A DNA stretch of 64,000 nucleotides, from NCBI GenBank assembly GCA_020536535.1, contig JAHLWZ010000489.1, positions 1 to 64,000 on the forward strand. Reading direction: 5' to 3'. This document shows, in pieces, positions 1 through 11,603 of this stretch; position 1 is the first letter of the stretch, and every line of letters starts with the position of its first letter. A program made the position numbers and the translations under genes. Source of the stretch: Pelomyxa schiedti (Eukaryota; Protista; Evosea). The notes under the pieces are model-generated. The model was given only the letters and a program-made list of their open reading frames with translations, did no database searches and was not told the DNA's origin.

Positions 1-161
1 CCGATCCGGTGCCCGCATCCCCCTGTTGTAGTCACGGCGCCCCTGCCTCCCCTTGGTTCTGCCATGCGTTCCCCGCACACGCTGCACGCCACCACCTGCA
101 ACAAACCACCTTCGTCACCGTTGTCCACCTGTTCCTGCTGTGGCACAGTTACCCCAGCCAT
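1..161 (-). CDS. 5' end of a RING/B-box (TRIM-like) gene, second copy; continues off the left edge
   Basis: ATG at 161 gives MAGVTVPQQEQVDNGDEGGLLQVVACSVCGERMAEP, nearly identical to the gene starting at 3291. Confidence 0.8.
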   Translation of the reverse strand, partial: MAGVTVPQQEQVDNGDEGGLLQVVACSVCGERMAEPRGGRGAVTTTGGCGHRI

Positions 162-225
162 CGTGGAAATTTATTTATGGGAAAAACAGAAACTTGGTTG
201 TTTTAAATTATTTGCGTATTGGTAT

Positions 226-738
226 TTAGGGGTGAAGTGTAGCTACGGCGTTTGCAACCACGACTACGCCTGATAGTGCCACGGCGCCGGCTACGCTGGC
301 TGCTCGTTTGCCCCACTTGCCCCATGAATCCACAACATGCTTGCTGGGTACTGTGCACTTGCTCCCAACAAGAACGAGCTGCCGGCAGCATGACCACACC
401 TGCCGTGTATGGTGTTAGTTGGTACTAAATGTGTAAACGGGAGTGACTCACTGGCTTGAGATAGGTGGCTCCAACTACGTCGACTGTTGCGTAGCCTTTG
501 TGACCGTAGCACGAGGCTTCTTTGGAAACTAGGAGTGGTTGGAAGCGAGCACCGCATGACGAGCATACTGCCGGCTCTGTCAACTGCAACAAATGTTGAG
601 TATTCCGTGGAGATTTAACATATACTGTACCTTGTAAGCGAGCTTGTAACTTTCGATCTGGTATTCGGCAGGGTCCACTGTGACTCTCTGGTCAAACAAA
701 TGTTTCCAGACAACTGGTGATTCGCTGAGCTGGTTATT
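226..738 (-). CDS. F-box/CHORD-like protein, second copy (5' end lost in the N gap)
   Basis: Matches 3363-3875 with the same two introns. The five exonic substitutions I found are all synonymous. Stop TAA at 226-228. Confidence 0.8.
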
Positions 739-838
739 NNNNNNNNNNNNNNNNNNNNNNNNNNNNNNNNNNNNNNNNNNNNNNNNNNNNNNNNNNNNNN
801 NNNNNNNNNNNNNNNNNNNNNNNNNNNNNNNNNNNNNN
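739..838. other. Assembly gap (100 N, probably nominal length)
   Basis: Run of N. By comparison with the other copy it must hide the end of the TRIM-like gene and exon 1 of the F-box gene. Confidence 0.99.
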
Positions 839-3291
839 TGGAGCACCTCCCCTGGGAGTGCTGCGTATCTGGCTGTTGCGAACCCGCCTCCGCCTCCGTG
901 GTTGCCTGTGGTGTGCTCGCCACCGCCGCCTCCTGCGCCCCATGCCTTGAGTGTCAATATAACTTCTGTGTGGGAGTTAGAGAAATGAAGGATCTCGCAG
1001 GGGGTAAGCCTTCAAAGGATATCGGGGACTGGGCAGAGTGGCCTGACACATTCACAACAAGCCCTGATTCACCCTTGGCATCCCGAGCTTGCATTGGCAC
1101 CACACAGGTGATTACTTTGCCAGGGTTGCTCATAACAACATCAGTGCATGACACACCTTCAAAAATGAGTCTGAATGAGGAATCATTTTCAATACCATTG
1201 ACAAGGACTGCAAGATGATCAGTTGTTGTTCCGAATCCTGACCCACTGACTGTGATTCTACCTCCGGCAGGAACTTTTGTGACACTTGTTATCTGAGGTC
1301 CTGAGTGTTGTGTAACAGACCAGTTTAATGAAAGGAAAAGAGAACCTTTGAGAAACGAAACCAATGACTCAAAGTCAAAGCTGGGAGGGGAACAACCAGA
1401 GTAAGAAAAGAGTGGGGTGTGCTCATGCATTGTTGGAACTCCCAACACAGTCATCGTGACACCAAGGTTGGTTCCAACGCCGGATGGGACAGAACAAGTG
1501 AGAGTGCTCCCAGGATCTGCCAAATTGATTTTTGTGCATGGCTTTTGGTCAAGGACTACAGTGATATCCTGGTTTGTTGCTGTTGGGCACCATGTCCCTG
1601 AAATGGTGGCCGTTCCTCCTTCTGTTCCAACTCGTGAAATACTTGTGATAATCGGATCTGTTTTTAGAGGATGAGTAAATATCAATGACGACGGGGTACT
1701 ACTGCAAGAAATGAAGCATAGGCTTGAGATGGCGGACTTGACTTTCAAAATGTCAGATGTACTTGTGGTCACTAGTTCAGTGGCGTTTGGTAAAAGATCC
1801 TCTTTGCTCAGTGACACAACCTGCCACGTGTGTTAGAGTGTAGTTATTGGAATTCCAACAACCTTGAGGACAGCCGGTATCTTGGAAGAGCGCTCCACTA
1901 TTTGGTGTTGGTTGCCTTTTTCCACCGTCAATTGGAATTTCTTCTGGTAGAATTCAATATGTCTCATTGCCGAGTTCACACACTCCCTCTGCTTCGCCAG
2001 TCCCTCCACTTCCAAAGAGCATCAAAGGAAGATGTGGTGGGGAGAGTTATGCGTACACTTTTGTGTGCTGATTGTCTTTGATTCCAAGATTAGATACTCT
2101 TCTCGCTTTTGCAACAGACTTATTACTTCGCTGAATTCTTTGTGAATTGACTCTTCAAACCTTCCATGAACCTAGTAATACGTTAGGTTGCGGTAAAAAA
2201 AAACAGGGATTAAACAAAATTACAAATTCATTGACTCACTTCTAGGATAGATCTTGATACAAAGTCAATTGAGGTGAGGGACTCTGTCAGAGGGGCACCC
2301 ATGTTTCTCAGGGTTTTGATGAACTCTACAGTTTCATTTTTCTTTTTTTCACAGTGTTCCTCCAGAGAAATAATGTTGTGACCCTTATTATAGAAAATTA
2401 ATTTTCTTTCCGGACGGTAAAACATGTACCTTGTGATTTAGAGAGAAGGCACAACTGGTGCACACAAAAACGTTATCAGTGAGACAGAACAGCCTGAGTT
2501 TCTTTTTGTGAGTAGAGCACACATCTTCAATAGGTGAATCTTCAAAAATCGATAAGTAGCAAAAACGACATACAACTTGGACAAGGGGTCGTTGCAGCTG
2601 ACAGTTGAGTTTTGGTGTGTTTTGAAAGCCAAGGAAGGAAGTGGGCCTTTCCCCAGCATGACTCACACAGGTAAGTTCCGGAACCTGATAATTTGGTGCA
2701 CTGCTCACACTGGTAATTTGCAGTCTCGCCACAGGTCACGCATTTGTGCTCTTCCCCTACTGCTGAGTTTTTCCCTGGTTTTAGTGTTACATTACGCCAA
2801 ACCGATAAAGCGAGACACCCAGTACACGCACCTATGGCGGTGCCACGCCCACTATCGTCCGCATGACTCAATGGCGATCCACACGCGTAAGAATCGTCAT
2901 CGGTGGTGGTGGGTGGCATCACTACTACCCTGTGGTCTGCCTTGCATACACAACACACCGCGACCACCGCGGCCTCCTCCGCCGCGTCCCGGCGGCCTCC
3001 CCCTGTCCCTGTGTCCCGTGTCCTGGGTTCCTCTGCAGCCCTTTGTGCCGCTACCGGCCGCTTGCGTGCGGCTGCTGGGATCCCCCTGCGGAACGTAGTG
3101 ACGGCCCCGCAGCACCCCCCGCACACCCCGATCCGGTGCCCGCACCCCCCTGTCGTCACGACTCCCCTGCCTCCCCTGTTGCCCCTTGGTTCTGCCATGC
3201 GTTCCCCGCACACGCTGCACGCCACCACCTGCAACAAACCATCTTCATCACCGTTGTCCACCTGTTGCTGTGGCACAGTTACCCCAGCCAT
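839..3291 (-). CDS. TRIM-like protein: RING, two B-boxes, coiled coil, two IPT/TIG domains, Gly-rich domain; multi-exon, 3' end in gap
   Basis: RING ligands CSVC..CGH..CGGC..CCVC; B-box1 CVTCGETANYQCEQC..LCESCWGKAH..H; B-box2 CSTHKKKLRLFCLTDNVFVCTSCAFSLNHKGH; IPT/TIG repeats PIITSISRVGTEGGTATISG and PQITSVTKVPAGGRITVSGSGFG; LKAWGAGGGGG..GGGGGFA at 840-960. Confidence 0.8.
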
Positions 3292-3362
3292 CAAAGTGGA
3301 AATTTATGGGAAAACAGAAATTTGGTGTTGGAAATTATTAGGGCTTCTTTATAATATGGTAT

Positions 3363-4141
3363 TTAGGGGTGAAGTGTAGCTACGGCGTTCGCAACCACTA
3401 CTACGCCTGATAGTGCCACGGCGCCGGCTACGCTGGCTGCTCGTTTGCCCCACTTGCCCCATGAATCCACAACGTGCTTGCTGGGTACTGTGCACTTGCT
3501 CCCAACAAGAACGAGCTGCCGGCAGCATGACCACACCTGCCGTGTATGGTGTTAGTTGGTACTAAATGTGTAAACGGGAATGCCTCACTGGCTTGAGATA
3601 GGTAGCTCCAACTACGTCGACTGTTGCGTAGCCTTTGTGACCGTAGCACGAGGCTTCTTTGGAAACTAGGAGTGGTTGGAATCGAGCACCGCATGACGAG
3701 CATACTGCCGGCTCTGTCAACTGCAGCAAATGTTGAGTATTCCGCGGAGATTTGACATATACTGTACCTTGTAAGCGAGCTTGTAACTTTCGATCTGGTA
3801 TTCGGCAGGGTCCACTGTGACTCTCTGGTCAAACAAATGTTTCCAGACAACTGGTGATTCGCTGAGCTGGTTATTGCTAAGCAACCAGGAAAAGAGTGAG
3901 AAAAGCGTACAGAATGAAGCTTTCTGCAGGTGACACCAAGTCGGCATACCGCAACCGCATCACAAAACATCATAACATGTATCAAGACATTCTCTGGAAG
4001 TTCGTCCAAACTCATCAAGGTTGACGAGTCAACTTCCACCCATTGGTTTAATTCAGAGTCAACGCTGGAGCGAAGTGTATTTACAGAAGAAATATCCGTG
4101 TAATCGTCTATCCAACTGTGGAAAGTATTTAGACTTGTCAT
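3363..4141 (-). CDS. F-box protein with C-terminal CHORD-like Cys/His module and hydrophobic tail (4 exons)
   Basis: F-box LDELPENVLIHVMMFCDAVAVCRLGVTCRK. Spliced C-terminus VCSSCGARF..SCYGHKG..VWSCCRQ..C..H..GKRAASVAGAVALSGVVVVANAVATLHP*. Start is 4141 or 4015. Confidence 0.8.
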
Positions 4142-4224
4142 ACAATAAATATTTCACTGAGCACTTTTGACACAAGAAGTTTTCACAGTATCGAGGAGAA
4201 ACGGTTATTTTGGGATCGTCAGGG

Positions 4225-4945
4225 CTATTGAAGAATCAGTGCACGCTTTAGAAAAGGGGAAATCCACTTGGAAGGTCTCATTGCGCTGCCCTCTATTGGT
4301 ACAAAGTGCTGTGTAAGGTTTTGTGCCGCAGTTGGATAGTAGTGTGTGATAATGGCTGAAACATTGGAGGACGGATCTCTTTTAGTTGTGGTGCTTGCAG
4401 GTGGAGTTTGAGGTGCTTGCACTGAGTTGTTATCCGACGGAGTAGGCGGGCCTATGGTCACCGTTCCTTTACTTCCTGTGGAAATGGTGCTTGCTGGTTG
4501 TCCCAGTGATTGTAACTGTACAGTTTCTGGGGAACAGCGCAATTCGCCCATAGCTTTTCCAATGCACGATGAATGAACTACTCGTCCGCATACGCGACAG
4601 ATAAAATAGTAACGTGTAGAATTAACCTAACTTCAAAAATCAAAACTCCTACAACCAAAAGAGGGAGATGAGAACCTCCTCTTCGCTAGCGTCTTTCGCA
4701 CAAGCGCTGAACAGAGGCCGAGCACACGCCCCACAATTAACACCGCTGTGCGACCACCGCTCCACGACGTCGCCGTTGCTCGCGTAGCGTCGCTGATACT
4801 CGCACGTCGTCCCAGACCCACCAAACGCCTCCGCAGCAGTCTTGCCGGTAGTCATCTCCGCACCCCCTCTCGCATCTTCAGATCCAGTACTCGCGTCGGT
4901 CTTCGACTTATGGTTGCCGTAGCCTTCCTTCCGCTTGTTGATCAT
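4225..4945 (-). CDS. Hypothetical protein (exon structure uncertain)
   Basis: Two minus-strand ORF blocks (4649-4945, 4225-4551) separated by an AT-rich intron-like stretch. No recognisable domain. Confidence 0.3.
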
Positions 4946-5074
4946 TTTTCTTTCTTTTTTTATGGTGAAGCTTCACTTCACCGAACCCAATCAATCACAA
5001 GCCAAGGATACAGCCGTTCCCTGGCCGCACCAACTTGTTGGTTGGTTTAATTGGGGTTTGGATGAGTCACCAAG

Positions 5075-6662
5075 TCACTCGTCCTCAGCGTCACCACAAC
5101 CGTCCCCGTGCTCCTCCTCCTCAGGATCTTCTTCTTCTTCACCGCCTTGGTTCTCGTCTGGGTCACGGAGATACCCAAAGGCCATGTGTCCCACACAATC
5201 ATTCCAGTTGTCAAGGAACCCCTGGTCATGGATGGGATCCCCAGTCTGCGTTGGTACCATAAGTTCTTGTTGTTGTTGTTCACTTCCACGTCCACCACGT
5301 CCGCGTCGCTTGTTCTTCTTCTTCTTGTTGGTGACAATTACATTGCGTGAGCTGAACAGTATTTGCTTTGGGTCGAGGGTTGTGGGCGTGATGGAGTTGT
5401 TGAGCCACTTGTCAAACAGGGAGGGGTCTTCCTCTATGTGCGCTTCCTCCTCTTTCCAGCAGAAGTGTGGCCGAACCTGCGCGGGATGAGGATTGGGAAT
5501 TTAATTGATTGGGCAGGCATTGGGGATAGGGATAGGGAAAATGAAATCACCTTTCTTGTTGAAGTCCGGATGCTAGGTGATGTGAATGTGAAGCTGTTTG
5601 GTTCCTCGGCACCACTGTGGGGTTGTGGTTGTAGCCGTAGAATGTTTCTCTGTACTTCGCTCAACCCAAAGGTGACCAAATGTGCAAATGAGTGCGAAAC
5701 ACGGCATAGACTACGTATTTCACACCTACTATCTACTGAACCGACATAGGTACCCTCGTAGACAGAGGTAAACCTTGATTTCCATAAAACAAGCAAGTGG
5801 AAAGGAGGTAATATGCATGTACCTTCCATCCTTGAGCATGAATATACCGAAAGTGGCCCGCTCTTCAAAAGAAGTAAGGTAATGAGATGCGTTTAAAGCA
5901 AAAATGCAGGATACGTCTCCTCGGCAAAACCCTATTCAATACTCTAAGTTTGAGGTTTTTATTCACATGGCACACCGTGGCAAGGGCCTGTATATCCCGG
6001 AACTGGGAGTAGATCTGCGGAGGAGAGCTGCTCAATTGGACCCCACCATAACTCACTCCAGTCAGGAGAGGGTTGTAATATGGTCCTTGAGTAACCTTCT
6101 CTACGGAGAGCCGTAAGATACAAAAACAACATAGAAAAGTACCTATCAGAGGAAACTGGAAAGCAATCTGTTATAGTGGACGAGTAATGAATGGCAAGAT
6201 AAGGGTCTGTTTTCCCGGGGAAAAAAGTGAACCAAGAATCCGAAGGTACAAAAGCACTGGTACCTTTGAATATGATATGGCTGTCCCACTCAACAATGGC
6301 CACTTGTTTTGCAGGAAGACTTGCACAAGCCATCAATTCTATCAGCAGTTGCACCCACCCATCCTTTCCCAGTAAAAAGTTAAAACCGAAAACGTCCCTG
6401 CCGGTCCCTCCCTATCCCATAACTCGAACTCACGTGTGGGTGCACACACCTTTGGGTCCGCATATCCGCGGCCCGTTGTGGTTGCAGTTGCGGCTCCGTC
6501 GCCGGCACTCGGCAGCCCGTTGGTCGCCATCACCATGTTGCGTGCCACTACCTGGCTTACACGACGCCACAGGCGGCACACGTGGGCACATGCCCAAACA
6601 AGTGTTTCGCTATCGCACTCCTGCACGATCTTGCCAACAACGTGCTCGGGAAGCGTGGACAT
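5075..6662 (-). CDS. F-box protein, multi-exon, with basic/acidic C-terminal tail
   Basis: N-terminus MSTLPEHVVGKIVQECDSETLVWACAHVCRLWRRVS fits the F-box consensus. Last exon VRPHFCWKEEE..KKKKNKRRGRGG..DAEDE*. Confidence 0.7.
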
Positions 6663-6788
6663 GTTTTGTTTGTTTCGCGCGTGCCTTTCCACCAACCAAA
6701 AGGTGCGGAATTGATGGCGAAGAGTTGTTCGGGGAATGGAAAATCATTGAATGTGAAATGGGGGGTGATTGGGCTTGTTTTGTTTGGC

Positions 6789-7850
6789 TCAGCTTTTGGT
6801 GGGTAGTAGCTTGGAGATCATTCTGAGTTCGATGTCAGAGAGATCCCACGAGTGTGCGACCAGCTCGATGTTCTCCTTCTCGGCAGTGAATGACTTTGCC
6901 ATGTCCTGCCTGGCCATTGCTGGGCCGCCAGGCTGCGGTGGCACCCCAGGGACCAGCGCCACGTTGCCTGGGAACCGCGTGGATGGTGACTGTGGCTGCG
7001 GTGCAGCGCCGGCAGTTGGTGATGTTGTTGGCATGGAGCCCGACGTGGAGGAGGGTGCTGTGGTTGGTGCTGGTGCTGGTGCGCCCATTGCCATGGGCGG
7101 CGGTGCCTCGGACCCCAGCACGAGGGATGTGATGCCGCGAAGCCCGAACAGGGTTAGGAAGTACCATGAGTGAGAGCTGACGTAGGAAACATCCAGGGAA
7201 GCTAGTTCTATCCCCCTTTGGAGCATCACCTTGAATCTGTGTTTGTTCGTGAGTGTTGCAATGTATGTTGGAGTTTTGGAGGGAAGGGACCTCTGGGTGA
7301 GTGGGAAAGGGAGCTTCAAAACTAGAAATCCACTGAAGAAAAAGGAGACCCAAGACATAAGCAGCAGCTGCGGAACCATCATTGTCACGTTATTCTTCAT
7401 CATATCCATCATCGAGTTTTGATCAAGCATTGCCGGCATTCCGGGAAGAGAAGGTATGGACGGCGTGCTATTAGTGTTCTTGGCGCTATTTTCTGCAGCA
7501 ATTACAGCGGGCTGAGCCAGTATACCGCCGTTGGAGGAGCAAAAATAGGCCTTACGCTGCCGGAAAGCACTCAGAGGCAAAAAGCAGCTCCTGGTGTGCA
7601 GTTTGTTTGCTCTCATGAGAGTGTGTCCCTGTGTTTATGTTAAATACCCCATTAAAGTCAATGGTATGTATTAAGACATCATCGGTACTTGGTATAGCAG
7701 CACCGGGGTGGCCGGTCTCGGTTTTGACGCCGTCAACCGGAAGATGAAGTGTTTGAGTATGGTCGTAATGAACACGACAGCAGCAATGGATACAAGCACC
7801 CAGTTGCGGATGCTACTGTCCAACACCAATGCTCCCCCGTCACCCCACAT
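6789..7850 (-). CDS. EMC3: ER membrane protein complex subunit 3
   Basis: [81 protein letters not shown]. Confidence 0.96.
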
Positions 7851-8038
7851 CACTGTGAATACCTCAGATTAATTACCGGAAGTGATCTTCGCCCAGCTCT
7901 CAATTGGCACTTTGACAAAGTCTACAATGAAGTGAAACCCCTGCGCGCATGCCAAACATACGGGTGCGATGGTTTTGATGATACCACCATAGGAATCTCA
8001 AAACGTTAAAAAAAACAAAAAAAAAGCAACAGGCAAAG

Positions 8039-9500
8039 ATGTCGACCGAAGACGCACGTCGCCGTTGGGAGATGGAGAACAACATACAGACTATATCTAC
8101 TGCTACTCCGGCGGTGGTGTCTGTCGCAAATCCGGCGGTGGCTACATCTGATGCACCCGACGATGGTATATACAAGTACGACAACGCTGCTGTTACTGCC
8201 CAGATCAACGCTAAGCCTTGGGCTCGCGAGTAAGTGTGCTACTGCAGAGTGTTTATTTTTTTTTAACCATTTTGTACGAATCATGTTAGCCCCCACTACT
8301 TTAAACAAGTCAAGATGAGCGCAATTGCTCTTCTGAAGATGGTTATGCACGCTCGTGCCGGAGGAACTATTGAAGTGATGGGTCTCATGTTGGGAAAAGT
8401 ACAAGGAAATACCATGATTGTTATGGTACCGCTTCGTTGTGCCGTACCCAACTTAACTGTGGCAGGACTCTTTTGCCCTCCCTGTTGAAGGAACAGAGAC
8501 CAGAGTCAATGCCGGTTTCGCAGCCAATGAGTATATGGTTGACTACATCAATGTCATTCACCAAGTATGATTCATAAGCATTAAACATGAATCACCTCAC
8601 TCTTACCAGGTTGGCCGCATGGAGAACGCCATTGGGTGGTACCACAGTCACCCTGGATATGGTTGTTGGCTCTCAGGCATTGATGTTTCCACACAACTCA
8701 CTTATCAGCAATACCAGGAACCATGGCTTGCTGTTGTGGTGCGTTTCACTTAACCGACTGTTCGTAATCTGACTCTTGGCAGGTTGACCCAACAAGGACG
8801 ATATCTGCAGGGAAGGTGGAAATAGGAGCATTCCGAACATACCCTTCAGATTACAAAGCCCCGGATGAGGGTCCAAGCCAGTACCAGTCTATCCCCCTTG
8901 CCAAAATTGAAGACTTCGGTGTTCATTGCAAAGCGTATGCGAAAGCCGAAATGGTTTTATGTAATTAACTATTCCTAAGATACTACCCTGTTCCTATTCA
9001 GTACTTCAAGTCATCTCTGGATTCTCATTTGCTGGATCTATTGTGGCACAAGTACTGGGTCAGCACACTGTCCTCATCTTCCATTCTCACGGTAAGAATT
9101 GATTCATTATTTGTTCTCTGTCCTGACTCTACACAGAATGCCACCTACATCTCTGGGCAACTCGCCGACTTGGCCGATAAACTTGAGCAAGCCGAAATAC
9201 AAATTAACCAAGGTCGCCATCACCCAATGCTCCATGGGCCAACTGCAGCATCAATGCCCGGTGCGGACACCAAGACCAAGAAGGAAGACTCTCAGCTCGG
9301 GAAGCTCACAAAAGACTGGTACGGTGCTCCCCTCCTAGCAAGTCTAACCCAGTACCAGTGCCAAGACCGCCATAGAGCACGTGAACGGCATAATGTCACA
9401 AATCATGAAGGACATGCTGTTCAACCCCACCACAGCCATATCGACCACAACAACTGCCTCCACAACAACCGCCTCCAGCGCCGCCATACAAAGGCTGTAA
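8039..9500 (+). CDS. COPS5: COP9 signalosome subunit 5 (JAMM/MPN+ deneddylase), 8 exons
   Basis: [75 protein letters not shown]; all seven introns GT-AG. Confidence 0.98.
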
Positions 9501-9655
9501 GTTCTCATAGGACCAACCCACTGAGGTTACCCAACAAGAAATCAAATTTTCACTATTTCTTTTTTCTTTGTCCCACCAATTTGATTGTAAATCCTGCACT
9601 GAGGCGTTTGTGGCGTAGTGGGACGCACTGCTTCTAATGTTGTAGGGATACTAGG

Positions 9656-9773
9656 AGATCTAGAATTTAGATTTTTCTAAATTCGATCTGTTCCGAGTGG
9701 ATCAACTGCGCAAGGTATTACACGGTATTACAATCTCCCCAAAGGGGAAAACAAGGGTATTACCAGGTATTAC
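9656..9773. repeat. Intergenic hairpin followed by four GGTATTAC direct repeats
   Basis: AGATC-ta-GAATTTAGA-tttt-TCTAAATTC-GATCT at 9656-9689; GGTATTAC at 9714, 9724, 9756 and 9766. Confidence 0.85.
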
Positions 9774-10396
9774 ACTGTGCCGGTGCTTATAAACGTTACT
9801 TTGATTAACAAAATACTAAAAAACCGCTAATGAGTCTTAAGGATGTACTGGGGTTGTTGTTCAGAAGGACAAATAAGACCAGGGAAGTGGCGTGGGAAGC
9901 AGAGCTGCCAATACCTCTCTGGATATATATTCCAAATACTGAGAGGCACTATGGTGCTGTTGAAATGTCACCACACCGTCTCAGATTGCCACACCAATCT
10001 AGGGAACCAGGACAAAAGGAAACTATCAACACAGTGTGGAAAAGCAAAGACAAGCTGACGCTTGGTTCTGGGTCTTGCCCATATACTGAGTGTGTCGAAC
10101 TCGCTGCAAATTGCCACTTGAGAAAAGGTTGAATGGTCTTGCGCTGAATGTATTGAATCACTAACAATTTGCATGATAGACCCCAGTGGTGAGAAATTCT
10201 ACTTAGTGAACGAAACCAAGCACAACTACCCTCCATATCGCCTGAGGCTGGTGTATCTTGTGGAAGGAAAATTACAGCTGTCTGACATCATCCTAATCAC
10301 AAGTCACTAACTCTGTCCACATCAGTATCAAGTCTTTAATAGACATTTCAAAATACCCATCCCTCCCTTTTTTTTAGTTGTACCTCACTAAATACA

Positions 10397-11374
10397 TCAC
10401 AATCCACGGGGGAGAGTTGGTTCCATCACAAACTTGAAGGAGCAGTCCTGGCAGCACATGTTCACAGCTGGATACAATGGTTGTGATGTGTCCACGTGGT
10501 CGAAGCTCACAAGTAGTTTCATGTTCCTGAACACATCAACGTGGCCCCACTGCTTGTTTGCAGCCTCAAACGTCAGCAGGAACGAGAACTGGTCTGTTTC
10601 CCTCACTGGTGCGGCGTCTGTGACTCCCTTAGAGATGACTCCATGTAATCTGGTCTCTACCCGTGCACTAAAGAATGCCAAGCCAAATGACTTGACCCCA
10701 CGATAACACAGAGTGGAACAGTTGATTGGGTAGTAGTCACCACCTCCACTCGTCTCAGAATCGAGTTCAATTCCAATGAGTGATGTGCTGGCTCCAAGTC
10801 CGACCTGTGTGCTCCAACATTAGGAAGAAAATCGAAATTTTAAGAAAGTTTGAGGTTCGAGAGAAGGAGTAGCTATTAATACAAACCTGGCACCCACCCC
10901 TGAATTTGGCCACGTCAAAGGCCCAGTACACTTTCTTGTTGGTGCGTGATATTTCCTGAAGGGATGGTTCCAGCCATGCTATTCTCCCTCCAACAGTACT
11001 CCCACACCCGCCTTTAAGTGAATAAGTCCACTGTGGTGTGTCATCGGTCACTGTGATTCCCTTCCCTATTATCTGCCACGTTCCTCTCCAATACACTGAT
11101 ATGTCCCCTGAAGACAAGTATAGAAAAGTCAGAAGTATAAAATGCAAAGAGCAAGCCACACACCGAGCAGGAATTCTAAGATGATTCTTGCCACAGACAA
11201 AGGCACAGCGAGTGTGCAGGTTGGTGACGACGACATCATCATCATGACACTGTGTGCACCAGCCCTCTCGTGCCACCCTGCCAAAAACGCAACTGACTGT
11301 CGTTGCTTGAATGAGTACTTGGGGGTAGTGGTGGATGTGATGGGGTTCATTGGTCGTTGGTGTTCCTCAGTCAT
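10397..11374 (-). CDS. Hypothetical protein, multi-exon
   Basis: Linked minus-strand exon ORFs: MTEEHQRP..FLAGWHERAGAHS, SGDISVYWRGTWQII..YWAFDVAKFRGGCQ, and AFFSARVETRLHG..LYPAVNMCCQDCSFKF. The 3' end may extend further. Confidence 0.55.
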
Positions 11375-11603
11375 TGCCTCGCTTTACCCGTGACTCACAC
11401 GTGTTTTTCTGGTTTTTCCTAGAACCCAAGAATCAATCAGTGGGATTCGCATCACGCAAGGCATTGCTCATCATTGTGTGTCGCGGTTCGCTACTTCTCT
11501 TGATGTATGAGCCTCCTGCACTGGGCAGTTTCGTTTGATCAATCGTCGTCATCTTCTTCGGCGAATCCATCGACGATTACTTAAGGTAAGATACATCAAC
11601 TGG

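Noticed and set aside
3349-3534. ORF MVMLPAARSCWEQ (and its twin at 203-397) as the F-box C-terminus
   Set aside because: The branch site and synonymous-only substitutions support the +1 frame (VWSCCRQ); in this frame the copies differ non-synonymously.
7876-7953. CCGGAAGTG (ETS-like) and TGCGCGCATGCC (NRF1-like) motifs in the EMC3/CSN5 divergent promoter
   Set aside because: Short motifs seen once, not repeated in the other head-to-head gaps, and ETS factors are metazoan; likely chance.
9714-9773. CRISPR array (also considered for 55119-55195)
   Set aside because: Units of 7-8 bp without unique 25-45 bp spacers, no cas genes, eukaryotic context.
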